Below are positions 29,923 to 45,947 of a DNA stretch of 64,000 bases, piece by piece. This DNA is from Paramecium tetraurelia (taxonomy: Eukaryota), in contig CT868207.1 of assembly GCA_000165425.1 (NCBI GenBank), positions 620,001 through 684,000 on the forward strand. Reading direction: 5' to 3'. How positions within the stretch are numbered: the first letter of the stretch is position 1; each line of letters starts with the position of its first letter. The notes beneath the pieces are model-generated. The model was not told where the DNA came from, made no database searches, and saw only the letters and a list, made by a program, of their open reading frames with translations. The translations under genes were made by a program, and so were the position numbers.

Positions 29923-30737
29923 AACATATACTTTTATCTTTTTTATTAAAATTTCGTTATTTAAAGTTCATCAAAATTTATTAGAATCTTTAGAAATTAT
30001 TTATAATAGAATTCAACAATAATTTTCACTAATATAATATTATAAATTTATATTAATTCTTAAATATTATTTTATTTTCAGATCAAAAACATTCTTCATA
30101 CGCATTTTTTATCTTAAAATCATTAATCAAGATATTGTATTGTATAAGTAAAATCCTTGAAATATAATTAAATTTAAACACTAAAAAAATATAAATATTT
30201 TATTAATCCAAATATCTATGATTAATATGTAATCGAAATACTTAAAGTTTACCTTTAACGAATTAAAATAGCTCTTTTATTCATTAACAAATGGCAGAAA
30301 TCAAAATCTTCTGATAATTGACACATTTTTAATGTTAAATTAAATTAGTCATATGTATTGTTTCTATTTATCTCATAATTTATTATTATGTAGTAAATCT
30401 TATTTCTAAAAATCTATGTCATTCAATAGAATCTTCATTTTTAAATAATTTAGTATCAATTAATACTTTTTAAGCATTTTATATAATGTATTGAACTCCA
30501 ATTATTAGAATAAAGAGAAAGAACTAATAATAACTTTGCCAAAATTTAATATTATTGAAATTAAATGGGCATTTTACTTTTATAGTGGATATTTTAATCT
30601 CCAATAAAAATAATACTAAAACTTATAATTATTGATGACGAAAAAATTAAATAAAATTTGTTTAGAGTCATATTATTTAGATATTACGTATTAAATTATG
30701 ATGAAATGAAAAATTTGAAATAAAAAATATAATAGAA

Positions 30738-32096
30738 ATGATGCTAAGAAGTCTTTGGAGATCACCAGCCTTTTCATTTTCATACTACTCTAACTTAGAT
30801 CTTAGTTGTCCATATCCATCATTTTAAGTAAATAAATAGAGAAACACATTATAGGCTCGAGATCTTACAACCACTCATACAATGCACTATATTACGAAAC
30901 CACCTTGCGATCCTAAAATAATGACATTCGGAGCATTTCATACTGATCATTTGTTAGAGATTGATTGGTCAGAGAAAATGGGGTAGATGAGTGAATTAAT
31001 TTCTTAATAGATGGAGCCGACCTTAGATTGTGCCATTCAAGAGTTTCAGTATCCATCCATTTTCCGCATGTTTACATTACGCAATTGAGTGTTTTGAAGG
31101 GGCTAAAGTAAATAAATCGATCAATTTTTTAAGGCATATAGAGGGCCGGACAATTCAATTAGGACATTCAGGTTGAACTGTAATATGTACAGAATGAAAC
31201 AATCTGCCAAGAGATTGTCATTACCTGATTTTGATGGTGGTGAGTTAGAAAGATGCATTGAACAATTATTAAAAGTGGATAGAGATTGGATTCCAGATAG
31301 ACCTGGATTTAGTTGTTATATTAGACCAACATTGATGGCAACAGAAGAGGCATTGGGAGTCAGGGCATCAAGTAGAGCAAAATTATTTGTTGTATTGTGT
31401 CCTGTTGGTCCTTACTTCCCATCTGGTTTAAAACCTGTTAGAGTGTTCTGTAATACATCAACAGTAAAGCATCTTCCTTATCTATTAGATTCGATCAGCT
31501 CCTGGTGGAGTTGGAGGGTACAAGGTTGCTGGTAATTATGCTCCAACGGTTTTGCCATTGAAAGAAGTCTAAAAGATTGGATTCCATTAAAATTTATGGA
31601 TGTTGCCAGATGGTTTAGTGTAAGAAATGGGAGTTTGCAACTTATTTTTCTTTTGGAAAAACAAATAAGGAGAAAAAGAACTAGTTACACCAATTTTGGA
31701 TGGGACAATCTTACCAGGAATTTCAAGAGATTCAATATTGGTAAATCATATTTGATTAATGTAAAGGAACTCACAAGAAATATGGGGAAGTTTAAGGTGA
31801 TAGAGAAGAAACTGTATATTTAAGAGGTCGTTGAGGCAATGGAGGAGGGGAGAGTATGAGAATCTTAATGATTATTTTAGATGATCGAAATGTTTGGATC
31901 TGGGACAGCTGTTAGTATTCAGCCAATCGAGGCTATTGGATATAATGATAAAATCTATGAAGTCTAATATGATTAAAAATTGAATGCAGGTGAATTATCA
32001 CATGAATTATTTGATATTCTAACAAATATTTAGGTATAGAGTGAGTATTAATTTTAGACTGGTGGGGGAGAACATAAATGGGTTAGATCAATATGA
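30738..32096 (+). CDS. BCAT: Branched-chain amino acid aminotransferase, probably mitochondrial
   Basis: Presequence-like MMLRSLWRS; FGAFHTDHLL, LHYAIECFEGAKAY, YIRPT, GGYKVAGNY (PLP Lys), ILPGISRDS, EMFGSGTA. Confidence 0.96.
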
Positions 32097-32194
32097 TTTA
32101 AATTATTTTATGTTATAAATTAATGATGACAATCACTATAAGTCTTAATTAATAACAATCATTGGTTAGCAAAATAAAACAATTTTTAAATTAA

Positions 32195-33989
<1,795 letters not shown>

Positions 33990-34048
33990 TAATAAATAAA
34001 TAAAATAATTATATTAAATAACAGCTTGTCTATGTATTTATATAATTG

Positions 34049-35840
34049 TCAAATTCTCTCTCTCAATGATGAAATAAGTTTTGTCCCGTTAGTCATGTTA
34101 GTCGTACAAATGATAACTTCCTTGTTAAATTGTTTTCCCAAGAGACGCAACGATGCAATCTCCCCGTAAGTGACTCCACCAAGTATGTACACTATTACAA
34201 TGGGCTTTTTGCCTGGAATATTCAATTTGATAGGTCTTTCTGGCTCTAATTGAAAGCCATTAATGAGTTGCATTTGAGTTTTGAAAGGTTTCCATGATCC
34301 CTTATCAAACACCTTTTCAGTCAAACGAGCCCTAAATTATTAGACTAAAAGTACATCAAAGGACAATGACCACTATAAGTATAAGCGGGATCTTTAGGGT
34401 CTGTGTCATCAGATCTGATATCCACGTTGAGTAACTTAAATTACTCCTGCAATTTAAAGAACAGTTATTTGGCATCAGACTTATAGACCATGCCTGCCTT
34501 CGATAAGTTGTTCAAGAAAGCAATGGTCTTAAATCCATAGACATGAACAATCTCTCTTCTCATATAATCGAAGGGCTTTTGTTTCAATCCTCCATCGACT
34601 AAGGATCTCAAGGCTAACAACCTTACAACCTTGTTTAAGTCCATTTCTAATTGAATCATAGCTTCGATGTAATCCAGAGTTCTCTCTGATTTATCTCCAT
34701 TGATTATTCCTTATTCCAAACTCAACAACTTGTAGAAGGAGATTGTTTTAATGTTCTCTGCAATCTTTCCACTGATATTGAGATCTAACGATAAATTAAT
34801 ACAATACGTCTTGAATTGGACTCCTATTCCAATTTGATCTTCTTTGCTTATTGCACAATCCTCTCATTCAATTGGGTTTGTTTTTCTTTCTGAAATTCAG
34901 TCTTCTCCACTTCCTATTGTTTTGCTTGCTCATACAAATACTTGGCTAAGGATGCCACTTACAATCCTCTTACCTTGTACATCAAAGGGTCTTTCTCCGA
35001 GTTCAATTGCAATATTTGATATTCCTCTCCCTCTTACCCTTCCTTTCCGAATACCTTCTTTTGTAGACTGACCAAGTTTCCGTTGATACCAAACTATTCG
35101 TCTATCAATCCTTCATACACCAATTAGGTCAACATTGGAGTAACCAAGTCAATGCTCCTGTCATATATAATCAGAGACTCTACCTCTTAGGAGTCTTGAT
35201 TTTGATCCGATTAGGAGTTCTCCACTTTTATGATATCATAAACCATCTTGGCTCCATCACCCTTACAATATATGTTGGGAATGTTGCCCATCACGATCTG
35301 TATTCTATTGATACTATCTGCAACGTAATTATAAATTGATAAATCTTAATCAATCATCATATCTCTAAATGCATCTGGCATCTCCAAACTCAATACATCC
35401 AAATCAAGTGGAATGAGATCAAAAGAAAAATCCTTTATTTCCACACTACTCAAAACCCCCTCCTATTCCAATAATTCCTTGGCTAGGATTGTCCTTGAAG
35501 GCCAGAAGACCAACTTGTAAGTGTTGTTGGGACCATTGGCAGCTTTGATCATTTTTGCAATCTTCCTTGTTACATCCAATTTGGGGGGGATGATGATAAA
35601 GATCTGAGTGATGTCATTCTCTATTTAAGTTATATTCTCTATTGTCAAGGTCTTCTTGATCCCACTCTCTTATAGCAATTTATTTTCTATGCTTAATTTA
35701 AGTAATTGCAAGACTCTCTAACTCAAAATTAGCTATTTATTGCCAGGCATGGTCTCAAACAATGCAATAATCTTATTCTTCAAGTAATCCTTATAAATTG
35801 TAATATCAAATTCATATTGTGGAATATTTGGATTTTACAT
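34049..35840 (-). CDS. VPS33: Vps33, Sec1/Munc18-family HOPS/CORVET subunit
   Basis: FWPSRTILAKELLE, DLIPLDLDVLSLEMP, YDRSIDLVTPMLTQLVYEGLIDE, VYILGGVTYGEIASLR. Confidence 0.92.
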
Positions 35841-35898
35841 TTTTATTAATAAATAAAATGTAATAGTGATATCATATATGATCATATTTAAATCTCTG

Positions 35899-36718
35899 TC
35901 ATTTTTTCTATTTTTTTGTTTAATTAACACTATGAGAACGTAAAGCAGGCATTTTATTTTTTGAGTTGCTCTCTTTCATTTAATACTCTTCGATTGCCTA
36001 ATTAATTCACTTAGCTACTTAGGATTCCCTTTGCAGCTTAATCATCTCCTCATACTATTAATTCAATTCATCCATCAACTTCTCATTAATCCCATACCCC
36101 AAAGACTTCATCGAGTCTTGCATCTGCGAGATAGTTCTTTTCAAATTGCACATGCTCTAAAACTACTCATCCAAATCAATGTCAGCTATCATTATACATG
36201 TTTCAAATCTTACTCTAAAATAGCATCCTATTCAACTAACCAACCTCGCTATCATCCTCGTAATTTAGCATCACCTTCTTCTGCTTATCCAATGCTCTAC
36301 TCCTCTGCAACAAGTCCTCAACACTGCTGTCACTATTGCTATCCTCCTAATCATTGTTCGACTCCTCCGATTTTACTTACTAATTATGAGTGAGAAACAC
36401 AGTGTCTTATTATTAGGGTTGTTTCTATTGAGATGATTTCAAATCTTTGATCTTCTCTGTCTGACTGTAATTTTTCAGAGCATTTTGTTTCCTTGCAAAT
36501 GAGTCCATCTCATCATAAGAATTCTCTATTTTCTTATTAGGTTTAACCTCAACAACCTAATTCTTCTTAGTATCAATCTTGTTTAAATCATCATATTCAT
36601 TAAGTTTATTAAATAGATTCTTTTCTAAATTGCTTATTGCATTATTACTCTACCTTGGTGGTAATTGTCGATTTGCTGATTGTGCTGAGGTAGGTTTATT
36701 AATGCTAGGTAATTTCAT
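35899..36718 (-). CDS. Hypothetical protein
   Basis: MKLPSINKPTSAQS...; continuous frame with two inferred introns (28 and 21 nt); ends QTKKQKK*. Confidence 0.65.
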
Positions 36719-36856
36719 ATTATATTTTATAATTAAATTCTTAACATATCACATAAGTCAAATGATTATTCCTTATGAAAATAAAGGAAATCGAATAATA
36801 TGTTTAATTAATATATTAATAATTTACATAAGTAAATAACACAAAATAGAAGTAAA

Positions 36857-38000
36857 TCAAGTTTATTGTTTATTTGAATAATGAGATCCACGATTAGTCG
36901 AAAATCTTCCTGGGGCTTCAATAGATTATGCCATAGAATTGCCAATTTTATTGTTACTAGTTTTAGTAACGTTAACTTCTTTGACTTGTACAACTTATCT
37001 CTTCTTCATAGCTTCCAGAGATGTTTCAGCCATGATTAGTTTTTCACTCAACTCTGAAGCCTCCTCGTTTTTTTCTTTGAACTTCTTCCTCCAAACATCA
37101 ACCTCGCCTTGTAGGGATATTAGGGTGGTTTCAACGCGACTGTAGTTTTCTTGAATTATCTAGAGTTCTTGGATTTAATCGTTAAGTTGATCAATGATAT
37201 CATCCTTTTCATTTAAGATGGTTCTTAGCTTCAAGATTTCTTGGTCTTTGTCTCTGAGATGCAATTGCAAATCGTTATTGTCCTCTTCCAATTACATTAT
37301 TTATTTTTTCAATTGACGCAACTCTTCATTGAATCCAATTTGATTTGATGATTATCTTTGTAGTTAACTATACCTATCTTTCCAGATTTATAATTCTTCT
37401 TTGATTTATTTTAATTCTAGTTTTAATTTATCTTCTGAGAGTCTTAGATTGTGGTTGATTCTCTCCAATTCTGTAATTTTATTGGGGTTGTCAATGGGTA
37501 TTGATTATTCAATACAGGCTCCGTTGATTTTGATTCTTTGATTTTCAACCTACAATTAATAGACCATCTATTCCAATTGTTGTATTTTGAATTTGTATTT
37601 GTATTCCATTTCTTCGACTGCAACAACTTGGATGGGTCTCTCAAAGTGATGGACTTCATGGATTTCTTGGGGTTGTTGGACTCTTTCAGTTGACAATTGA
37701 ACAACACGAATGGGGGAGACTGAGGAGGATTGATGCGGTACAAAGGCTATTGGGGGTCTGGATGGAGTGGGTATGATTCTTCTTTCTGTGGAGGGTGTTC
37801 TAGAGTGTAAAGATGAAATACATAGTAATATGAGTAGATTAATTTTATAACTTTTAGACTGCGTAGTTGGTTAGATATTTGTTGGGTTGTAGGGTGGAAG
37901 TCTGAGTAGGTTTGGAGTAGGGGGAGACGGAGGGTGGATTTTGAGTGATGTAGGAGCTGCCTTTGGATCTGAGGAGACGTTACAACCTTTCGTTTTGCAT
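36857..38000 (-). CDS. Coiled-coil protein with P/S/T-rich head (possibly cortical or cytoskeletal)
   Basis: MQNERLQRLLRS..., VHHFERPIQVVAVEE, long coiled coil with WKDRY and WRKKF motifs. One intron. Confidence 0.75.
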
Positions 38001-38083
38001 AATAAAATTTATTAATATGGCTGTAAAATTTTAGTAATATAAATTGAAGCTGCAATTTTTAAAAGCATTAATAATATTAAATT

Positions 38084-41000
38084 ATGGGAAAAGGCAAGTA
38101 GAAGGTGGAGTCATCGGAAGAGGAAGGAGGAAACGATTATCAGAAGGATGATTTTGTTGTGGGTTCGGATGAAGATATCGAGGATGAGGCATAGGAGGAG
38201 TAATAAATTGGTTAATGTTTAAAGTTAGGACGAGTCGTATGACGCAGAGTTGTCAGACGACGACATGGAGTTGATAGAAGACAACAAGAAATCGACACAT
38301 CAGAGGAGACTGTAGAGAATTGAGAGGGATGATGATGAAGTAGAATAGGAAGATGCTCAGGCGGATCCCTTCCAAGAGCAATTGTCACAGGAGCCGATCG
38401 ACGAGAACGAACAAAATGAGCTAATAAATAAATTGTTTGATCCAAGTCAACGGGAAGTGGCATTTTTGAACTAAAATGATGAAGAGATAATTAAATAGGA
38501 TGTGCCTGAATCTATCCAAATCACTTACATGAAGATGACGAATGGGCAGATTATGTAAAATGCAAGAGAGGAGGCTTCCGAATAACAATGGAAATGGATA
38601 GGAGAAAAGATGGTGTCTCAGTTCGATATAAAAAATATACCTGATGTTTTGCTTGGAATTAAAATGATTTTGGAGTTCTACAGGAAGGAAAACCTGGACA
38701 TAATGTACATCTACACTTACAAACGTCATCTCATAAACTCAGCTTTGCTATTGGAGCACTATTGGAAAATAAGGGAACTGGATTATGAGTGGGAACACTT
38801 CAGTAATTTTAAGAACAGGATACAGAAGTTAATTGACTCGATCCCTGAAAATTACTAGACTCAGAAGAATACAGCCAACCTGTATCTACAGAAGGCCAAG
38901 GAAATCGAGGATCTGTAGAATCTGAAAGATTACATTGATTATATAATATTGAAACACAATTGCAAGAGGATTGTGTATTTGGAATAGGAATTATAGAGAG
39001 AGAACTAGGAGAAGCAACTGCTGGGTCAGACCATGGAGTAGGAATAAGATTAGGTCAATTCTAAGACTGAACTCATTCAAAAGGAGTTGTAGAATCTGAG
39101 TTTGAATGGCAAAAAGAAGGCTCACACAAAGGAGAAGGCCATGTTGGAGTACATTAAATAGAGAGTGGATGAGGCGGCCTTGAATTTCTGTTACACTTCC
39201 GATGAATTCTTCGTTAAGTTGTAAGGCATGAGTGTGCCAATGGAAAGAAAGATCATTTAGGATTGGGATGATTTATGGAGTCATCTAAAGGAGTCAACAG
39301 AGTTTAAATCCCAAGATTCCGGCACTGAATATGTAAAGTTGTTATAAAAGTATTTGATGATGGAACTCTATCATCATCCCTTCATCAGGGATTACATAAG
39401 TCAGATTTATAGAGAGAATTTGCTGATCTCAACTGAGCCCACTCAACTGGGTAACAGAGAGATCACTGCTGTGAGTTACTTCTACCCAGTCAAGAGAATC
39501 AGACATAGACAATACAAATACATGGAGGATCAAACTTGGATGCAGTGTCTCAGAGCAGAACAATTGGGATACATCAAAATTAATTTTGCAATCTCCAAAG
39601 ACAAAGATCACAAAAAGGAAAAAATTCCAAAAGACGATATTATGGTGTTATTGTATGATAAATTTGTCAAGATTGACGATCAATAGAAGGAACAAGAGAA
39701 TATCTTGAGAATTAGAGATCTCGTTCTCAGAGGTATCTTGCAAGAAATATGGTATCCCATTTTGGAAAGATAAATCAAATATAAATTGTAAACTCTCTCA
39801 TCCAAACATATTGTGAGGATGTGCTAACAAAAATTTAAATAACTCATTAACAAACAACCTCATATAAGTGAAGTTGGTAACAACCAATAAATGTAATAGA
39901 CCATTAATCCAGATGTCAAAATCATGTCCTTGGTTATTGGATCGGAACAAACAGACAGCAAAGTGCTCAAAGCTTATTCTCAAGATTGTTCCATCCAAAA
40001 GAAATACATTGGAATGTCAGTTATCGATTATAAGGGTGAGTAACAAACTCTCCAAATCTTCAATTATTTGACCCAAGATGAAAGGAGAACTGAAATGCTG
40101 GAATAAATCAGAAAAGAATAAGCTCTCTTAGATAACTTCTTTGAAAAGTACAAACCAGATCTTGTTGTCATCTCTGCCAATCACTCTGACTGTCTGAAAT
40201 TAAGAGCTGATTTACGTAAGAAATACTAGTAGACATCTTCTGTTTGGATTACTTTGGCAGATTCATAAATCTCAAGGATCTACAGTATGAGTGAAAAGAG
40301 TAATTTATAATTGCCAGACATTCCTCAAATATTGAAGGAGGCAATTTCCTTGGCCAGATACAAACTTAATCCAATGGCTGAAGTCTTGAATCTATGGAGT
40401 GATGCTATTGATAAGAATGGTTGTTTGCATCTCAACTTACACCCTCTACAAGCTATGGTCAGTCAGTAAGTGTTGCTTGACGCCTTAAAGTAGACTGCCA
40501 CTGAAATAGTCAATTAGGTTGGAGTTGATTTGGTTGATTGTACTCTGCATAAACACTTGGCAGATCAAATGCAATTCATCAATGGCTTAGGAAGAAGACA
40601 AGCCAAGCATCTATTAACGATGGTCAAAGGTCTATTGAGCAAGAGTCTCTTTAATAATAATTATGAAGATGAGAGACTTATCTATTCCAAATTGGAGTAA
40701 GATCAAAAAGAGTACATCCAAATCTAGAGATAGGATATCCTCAAAACTCAGATTTTGAAGAAGGTCGTATTCAAAAATGTATAGGGATTTATCAAAATCC
40801 AGAGAGGCATCTAACCATTAGATATAACCAGAATGCAAATCAAAATGTATTCTGATGCTGTTCACATAGCCAAATGTGCCTTAGAAGTTGGCGGCAGAGA
40901 GGACAGATAGAATACTATTGTGAGACAACTGATGAGTCAGCCTCAAAAAATGGAAGAACTCCAATTGGAAGACTGGGCAAAACAAAGAGAATAGAAGGAT

Positions 41001-42606
41001 GGAAGTGAGAAGTTCACTTTAGTAGCTCAATTCATGAAAGAGGAATTAACTAATCCTTTCCTTTATAAATTTGACACTGCCAATAAGGAAATGAGTAACT
41101 CTGAGATTTTCTATGCCATCACTCAAGAGTCCCCTTACACTTTCCGTAAGAACAGCATCGTCCAAGGATAAATAACCAAGAAAATAGAAAGCAAAGAAAA
41201 GAGCAAGGACACTGATAAGTTACTGATTAAATTATCAGATAATGGGTTGTGTGGTACTCTACGCAGAGAAGATATGTTGCAATAGGAATTCGGTATCGGA
41301 TAAATCATTAAAGCCTATGTGAAGAAGATACCAGCCACGGAAAACAACAATAAGAATGATAGTTTGAATATCCTTATAATTGAGTTGTCTTTGAAATCTG
41401 ATTGGTCCCGATGGGATTAAGAGTATCTGAAACCATCCAAATATGATCCATGGCCTTATTCCAATATCTCCTATGAAGATTACTGCACCAAGGTCATGCA
41501 AACCTTTGATTAGAGCAAATTCAAAGACTTTGATCAACCCACTATTCCTTAAGATTAGATGCCCAACAAATAGAAACAATAGCAGAAGCTGATTCTCAGA
41601 AATATCAACCACCCTAAGTTCAAATAAGTACTTCTCAAAGGAGCTCTTGAATACATAGAAAGCTAGCCTGTCGGAGAGTACATCATTAGACCAAATCAAA
41701 GACTTAAGGATCATTTGACGATCACATGGAAATTCTATGAAGGAGTTATTTCTCATCTCTATGTTTAAGAATTAAAGACTGCTCAGAGTTACAAGCCTCA
41801 ACTTGTTTTGAATGGCAAGAACTATGAATCTTTTGATGAAATCTATGAAAGCTACATTACTCCTTGCAATCTCCATATGGAAGCTGTTGTCAACAATAAG
41901 AAATTCCACCATGGCTCAATGGAACAATTGGAAAGGAAGTTGAGGGAGGACAAGGAAAAAGATGAAGAAATCATCCCTTATGGTTTTTGTGTCACTGACA
42001 AGGCTCCACAATACATAGTGTTGATGTACATGAAACAAAAGAACAAGGTTGAAAAAGAGTACATCAAAGTCAAGCCTGAAGGCCTCAGTTTCCATTCGGT
42101 TATGTAGAATAATCTTAAGGATTTAACCCTATGGTTTAAGAAGAACTTTAGAACCCAAGAGTATAAGGATTATGTCAGAAGAACCAAACCCCCTATTCCT
42201 GAACCCAACGATAGATTGAATCAATATAATTCATAATGGGAAGTTAAAAAAGAAAAGACTAAGGAAGAAAGAGTCAAACATGAAGAATCTTCTTGTAAGT
42301 GTTTTCGTAATTATTTATAGACAATGTTGTGTGTTCCAAATGTAATAAGCGAGGCCATAATGCAAATGATTGTAGACAATCAAGAGACAAAGGTAGAAAT
42401 GGAGGAGGAGACTCTAAAAGTAAAATATAATTCTATCACTAGTGGGATGCCATAATTGTGGTTAAAACGGCCATATCAAAAAGAATTGCCCCAAGTTAAA
42501 CAACCCCAGGAGAGAAAGAAGCAACAGCAGGGAGCGAGAGAAGATGTCTACTAAAAAGAACCAATTCTAAACTAAAGTAGAAGACACTTAATAAATGGAA
42601 TGGTGA
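38084..42606 (+). CDS. SPT6: Transcription elongation factor / histone chaperone Spt6 with C-terminal CCHC zinc knuckles
   Basis: Acidic N-terminus, DEEIIKQDVPE, AISLARYKLNPMAE, LHPLQ, VNQVGVDL, HhH QFINGLGRR, PLDITR, S1-like region, tandem SH2 (RNINHPKF, GEYIIRP, HLTITWK), then two CX2CX4HX4C motifs. Confidence 0.93.
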
Positions 42607-42655
42607 TTTAAAATGGTTATTAATATCAAAATTACATCATTAATATATATATATA

Positions 42656-42715
42656 TAATCTACAGTCCTCGATTTCAGATCTAATCATTAGAGATCTGCA
42701 TCTCTGAGTGACAAT
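42656..42715 (-). ncRNA. Candidate single-hairpin H/ACA-like RNA
   Basis: Hairpin with lower stem, internal loop and upper stem (CAGATCT/AGATCTG). On the minus strand, AGATTA (ANANNA) lies 14 nt after the upper stem. Confidence 0.3.
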
Positions 42716-42777
42716 TCCAATAATACCCTTAGTGAATTTTGTTATAATTATTTAAAATAAATAAAATTGATCATAAA

Positions 42778-43733
42778 ATGTAAATGGATGTGGATTGTAA
42801 TCAAATTTAAATTAATTCATAGCTTAACATATTGAAGCAATGATTAATGCAAATATGAAAAACATTCTAAAAGATAAAACAACAAATAACCCTTTATTTA
42901 ATCTATTATCAGATTAACAATAAGAAATCAGCCAAACTATATTAGTTGATGACCCTATTTATAAGAATAACCATTACTATTACCCAATAAGGACAGGAAA
43001 CATTGTAGTTAATAGGAGATATCGGGAATTCGAGTTATTGGCTGAGTATTTATTTAAGACATAACCTGAAATTCTATAAAGACCCTTGCCTCAAAAAGAG
43101 CAAGGGATCAACTATTTAATCAGCTTTATTTCAGAAAATACTTAATTATTGAAATTGAGAAAGTAAAAATTTTAAATCTATATCAATGATATCAAAAAAT
43201 AATTACCTAATAATAAAATTGTTGTGTAATTCTTAGAAAACCCATCATCATTTTTTGAATTAATTGCTAATTTTGATTATTCTCTGATACAATAATAACG
43301 TTATTTAGAGAAAATGAGGAAGTTTTATGAAACAAAGTGGTTAAAATGTGAATCAGGAGAATTGGAAAATAAAAAAGAGTTTTTATAAATTAAGATTATT
43401 CAATTAGATCAAATGTATTTTATAATATATGAATAGAGATAAACGTATTTAGTAATTCTGTATTTGAATTTGTAATATAAAAATAAGAGTTCTTTGGTTT
43501 ATCTGTAGTAGAATGAAGTCTAAGAGTTGATTAATTAAATCATCAAGAATTAGGAACTTTACTAAGATGCTCTGAGTGTGAACAAATTAGAGAGATTAGC
43601 AAACAAGGTTGGGGAAGTGATAGAACTGTATTAGAATGTCAGAACCAATAAAAACTAATTCGATGCTTTTGAGAAACTACTAGAAGATTGCTTGAAATTA
43701 GTAATATTCACACTTAAAGAATTATAAAAATGA
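42778..43733 (+). CDS. PX-domain (sorting nexin-like) protein
   Basis: HYYYPI...VVNRRYREFELLAEYL...PLPQKE...LLKLRK...FL, followed by a helical region. Intron near 42797-42822. Confidence 0.75.
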
Positions 43734-43752
43734 GTATTATAATTAATAATTA

Positions 43753-45923
43753 ATGAGACCTCAAACAGCCAAACCCAAATTGGCAACAAACGAGTATACA
43801 AAAGAGATAGAATTCTTAAAACAATAAAAGTTGATAGCATATGGTGGAGATCCATCCAATTTACCTTAGATATTTTAGAAAAATCCAGCATTTCTAGTTT
43901 TGGATGAGCTATAAGCAGAACTTTTTAATGCCAGATGTCACGACACGGGTGAAACTGTATCAATTGAAAGAGTATGAATCAATAATATTTAGGCAAAAAT
44001 CTTCAAAGAGGAGTTCAATAAGATCAATTCAAAAAAATTCCCTGATGTATTGAATTTATATTCGATGAGACTAGGAGTTACAACTTTGATAGCCTTAGCA
44101 AATCAAAAGCCTATCTAAACAACTATAAATCTAGCAGACAATACATTAGGAGATTACGCAGTTCATGCCATCAAAACATTATTAGCTAACTCCCAGATCA
44201 AGAATCTCAACTTAGCTTCCAATATGATAAGCCATATAGGATTGGGATAGATTATAGATGACCTCTGCAAGAATCAGACATTGAAAGCTTTGGATTTGGG
44301 AGTGCTAGATGGCAGCATACGAAAAAATGCTCTTGGTTTTGAAGGAGCAAAACATATAGCCCAATTGTTATTGTCTAATAAAAAGATTGAAACTTTAAGG
44401 TTGTAAGATAATGTGATTACAACTGCTGGTGGAGAATTTATTGGTCAAGCATTGAAAACCAATTAGAACATTAAGCATTTAAAGATAGCAGAAAATGATT
44501 TGAAAATAGCAGGAATAGAAACTATTTTATTAAATGGGTAGAATTTAGAATCTTTGGATTTGTCTAAGAACAATATTCGTCCAACAATTAAGTTTCAGGA
44601 GTATTTGATGAATAATAGAACATTGAAGAGATTGAATTTAGAATTTAATGATTTAGGTCCGAAAGGAGTAGAGTACTTGGCAAATGGGATAATTTAACAA
44701 TAATCTGGATTAATTTCACTGAATTTAAGAGGAAATTAAATTAGAGATGAAGGACTGCAAGTGTTATCAGCAGCAATTTATGAGAGTGAATCTTTATCTG
44801 AATTAGATATCTCTTTGAATGACATTACGCCTGATGGAATTAGATATTTGGCTGATGTATTACCGAATAGTCAGATTAAAGTATTAAATTTATCAAAGAA
44901 TTTGTTGGGAGATGAGTCAATGATTATGTTGTGTAACAATAGGATAATGGAGAAGTTGGATGTATCATCAAGTAGAGTGGCAGATTAAGGGGTATGTAAT
45001 TAAAATGAATAAATTAGTTCATGACATTTTTAACATTCATAGGAGAATCTACCAATTTCACTCATTTGAAGGCGAATGATAATTACATAAGTGAGAAAGT
45101 GGAGAAGCTGATTTTGGAGATCATAGAGAAGAATCAAGTCATAATAGATTTGTAAGTAACAGGGAATAGATTATCATTATGTTGTTTAAATAGGATTCAG
45201 AAGATATTGTTGAGAAATTAAAAGATATTAGAAGAGAAGGAGCCAAGCAAGATCAGAACTGAAATATACAGATTGAAATACGAATAGAAGAAGATTTAAA
45301 TAGCAAAGGATAAGTTGTCATAATAGGAGAAGGAGATTCTATAGATTGAGGATAAGAAATCGTAGGTGATAGTTGAGATGGAGAGAATTAAGCAGTAAGA
45401 ATAAAGCAAAAGGGCTGGATTGCAAGAGAGAATCACTGATTTGCTGAATCAAATAGAGAAGAAGAAGAAGATAATAGAGGACAAGTAGGCTGACTTTGAG
45501 AGATCAAAGTAATTGAAATAGCAGGAATTAGATGCTTAGAGGAATGACTATTAGGTTGTATATCAGAAAAGGAAGGAATTGGAGTAGGAGTTTGAAAGGT
45601 TACAAAAGGAGCTGGATACGCAGGAGTAGAAATTTAAGGATGAACAGTTTAAATTGGAAGATGCAATAGCAGAGAAGAAGGCCAAGGGAGAGGAGATTGA
45701 GAAGTAGACAGCATAGTTGAGAGAAGAGTTGATGAAGCTATAGAAGCAATAATTTGAGTAGAACAATTAGGCGGAGAAGGAGTAGTAGATCTAGCAATAG
45801 CAGCAGGTGATCAATGAAAAGGAGGAGAAGGCGGAGAATGATAAGTAGCTGGAATAGGGTAATAAGAATGATGAGAAGTAGAAACCCAAGAAAGCCACTA
45901 AGAAGGGGAAGAAGAAGAAATGA
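43753..45923 (+). CDS. RNI-like leucine-rich repeat protein with C-terminal coiled coil
   Basis: Repeated LxLxxNxI/L motifs (INLADNTLG, LNLASNMIS, LRLQDNVIT, LDLSKNNI, LNLEFNDLG, LNLRGNQIR, LDISLNDIT), then an E/K/Q coiled coil and a KKGKKKK tail. Confidence 0.88.
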
Positions 45924-45947
45924 ATAAATACTTATATTATATAATTT

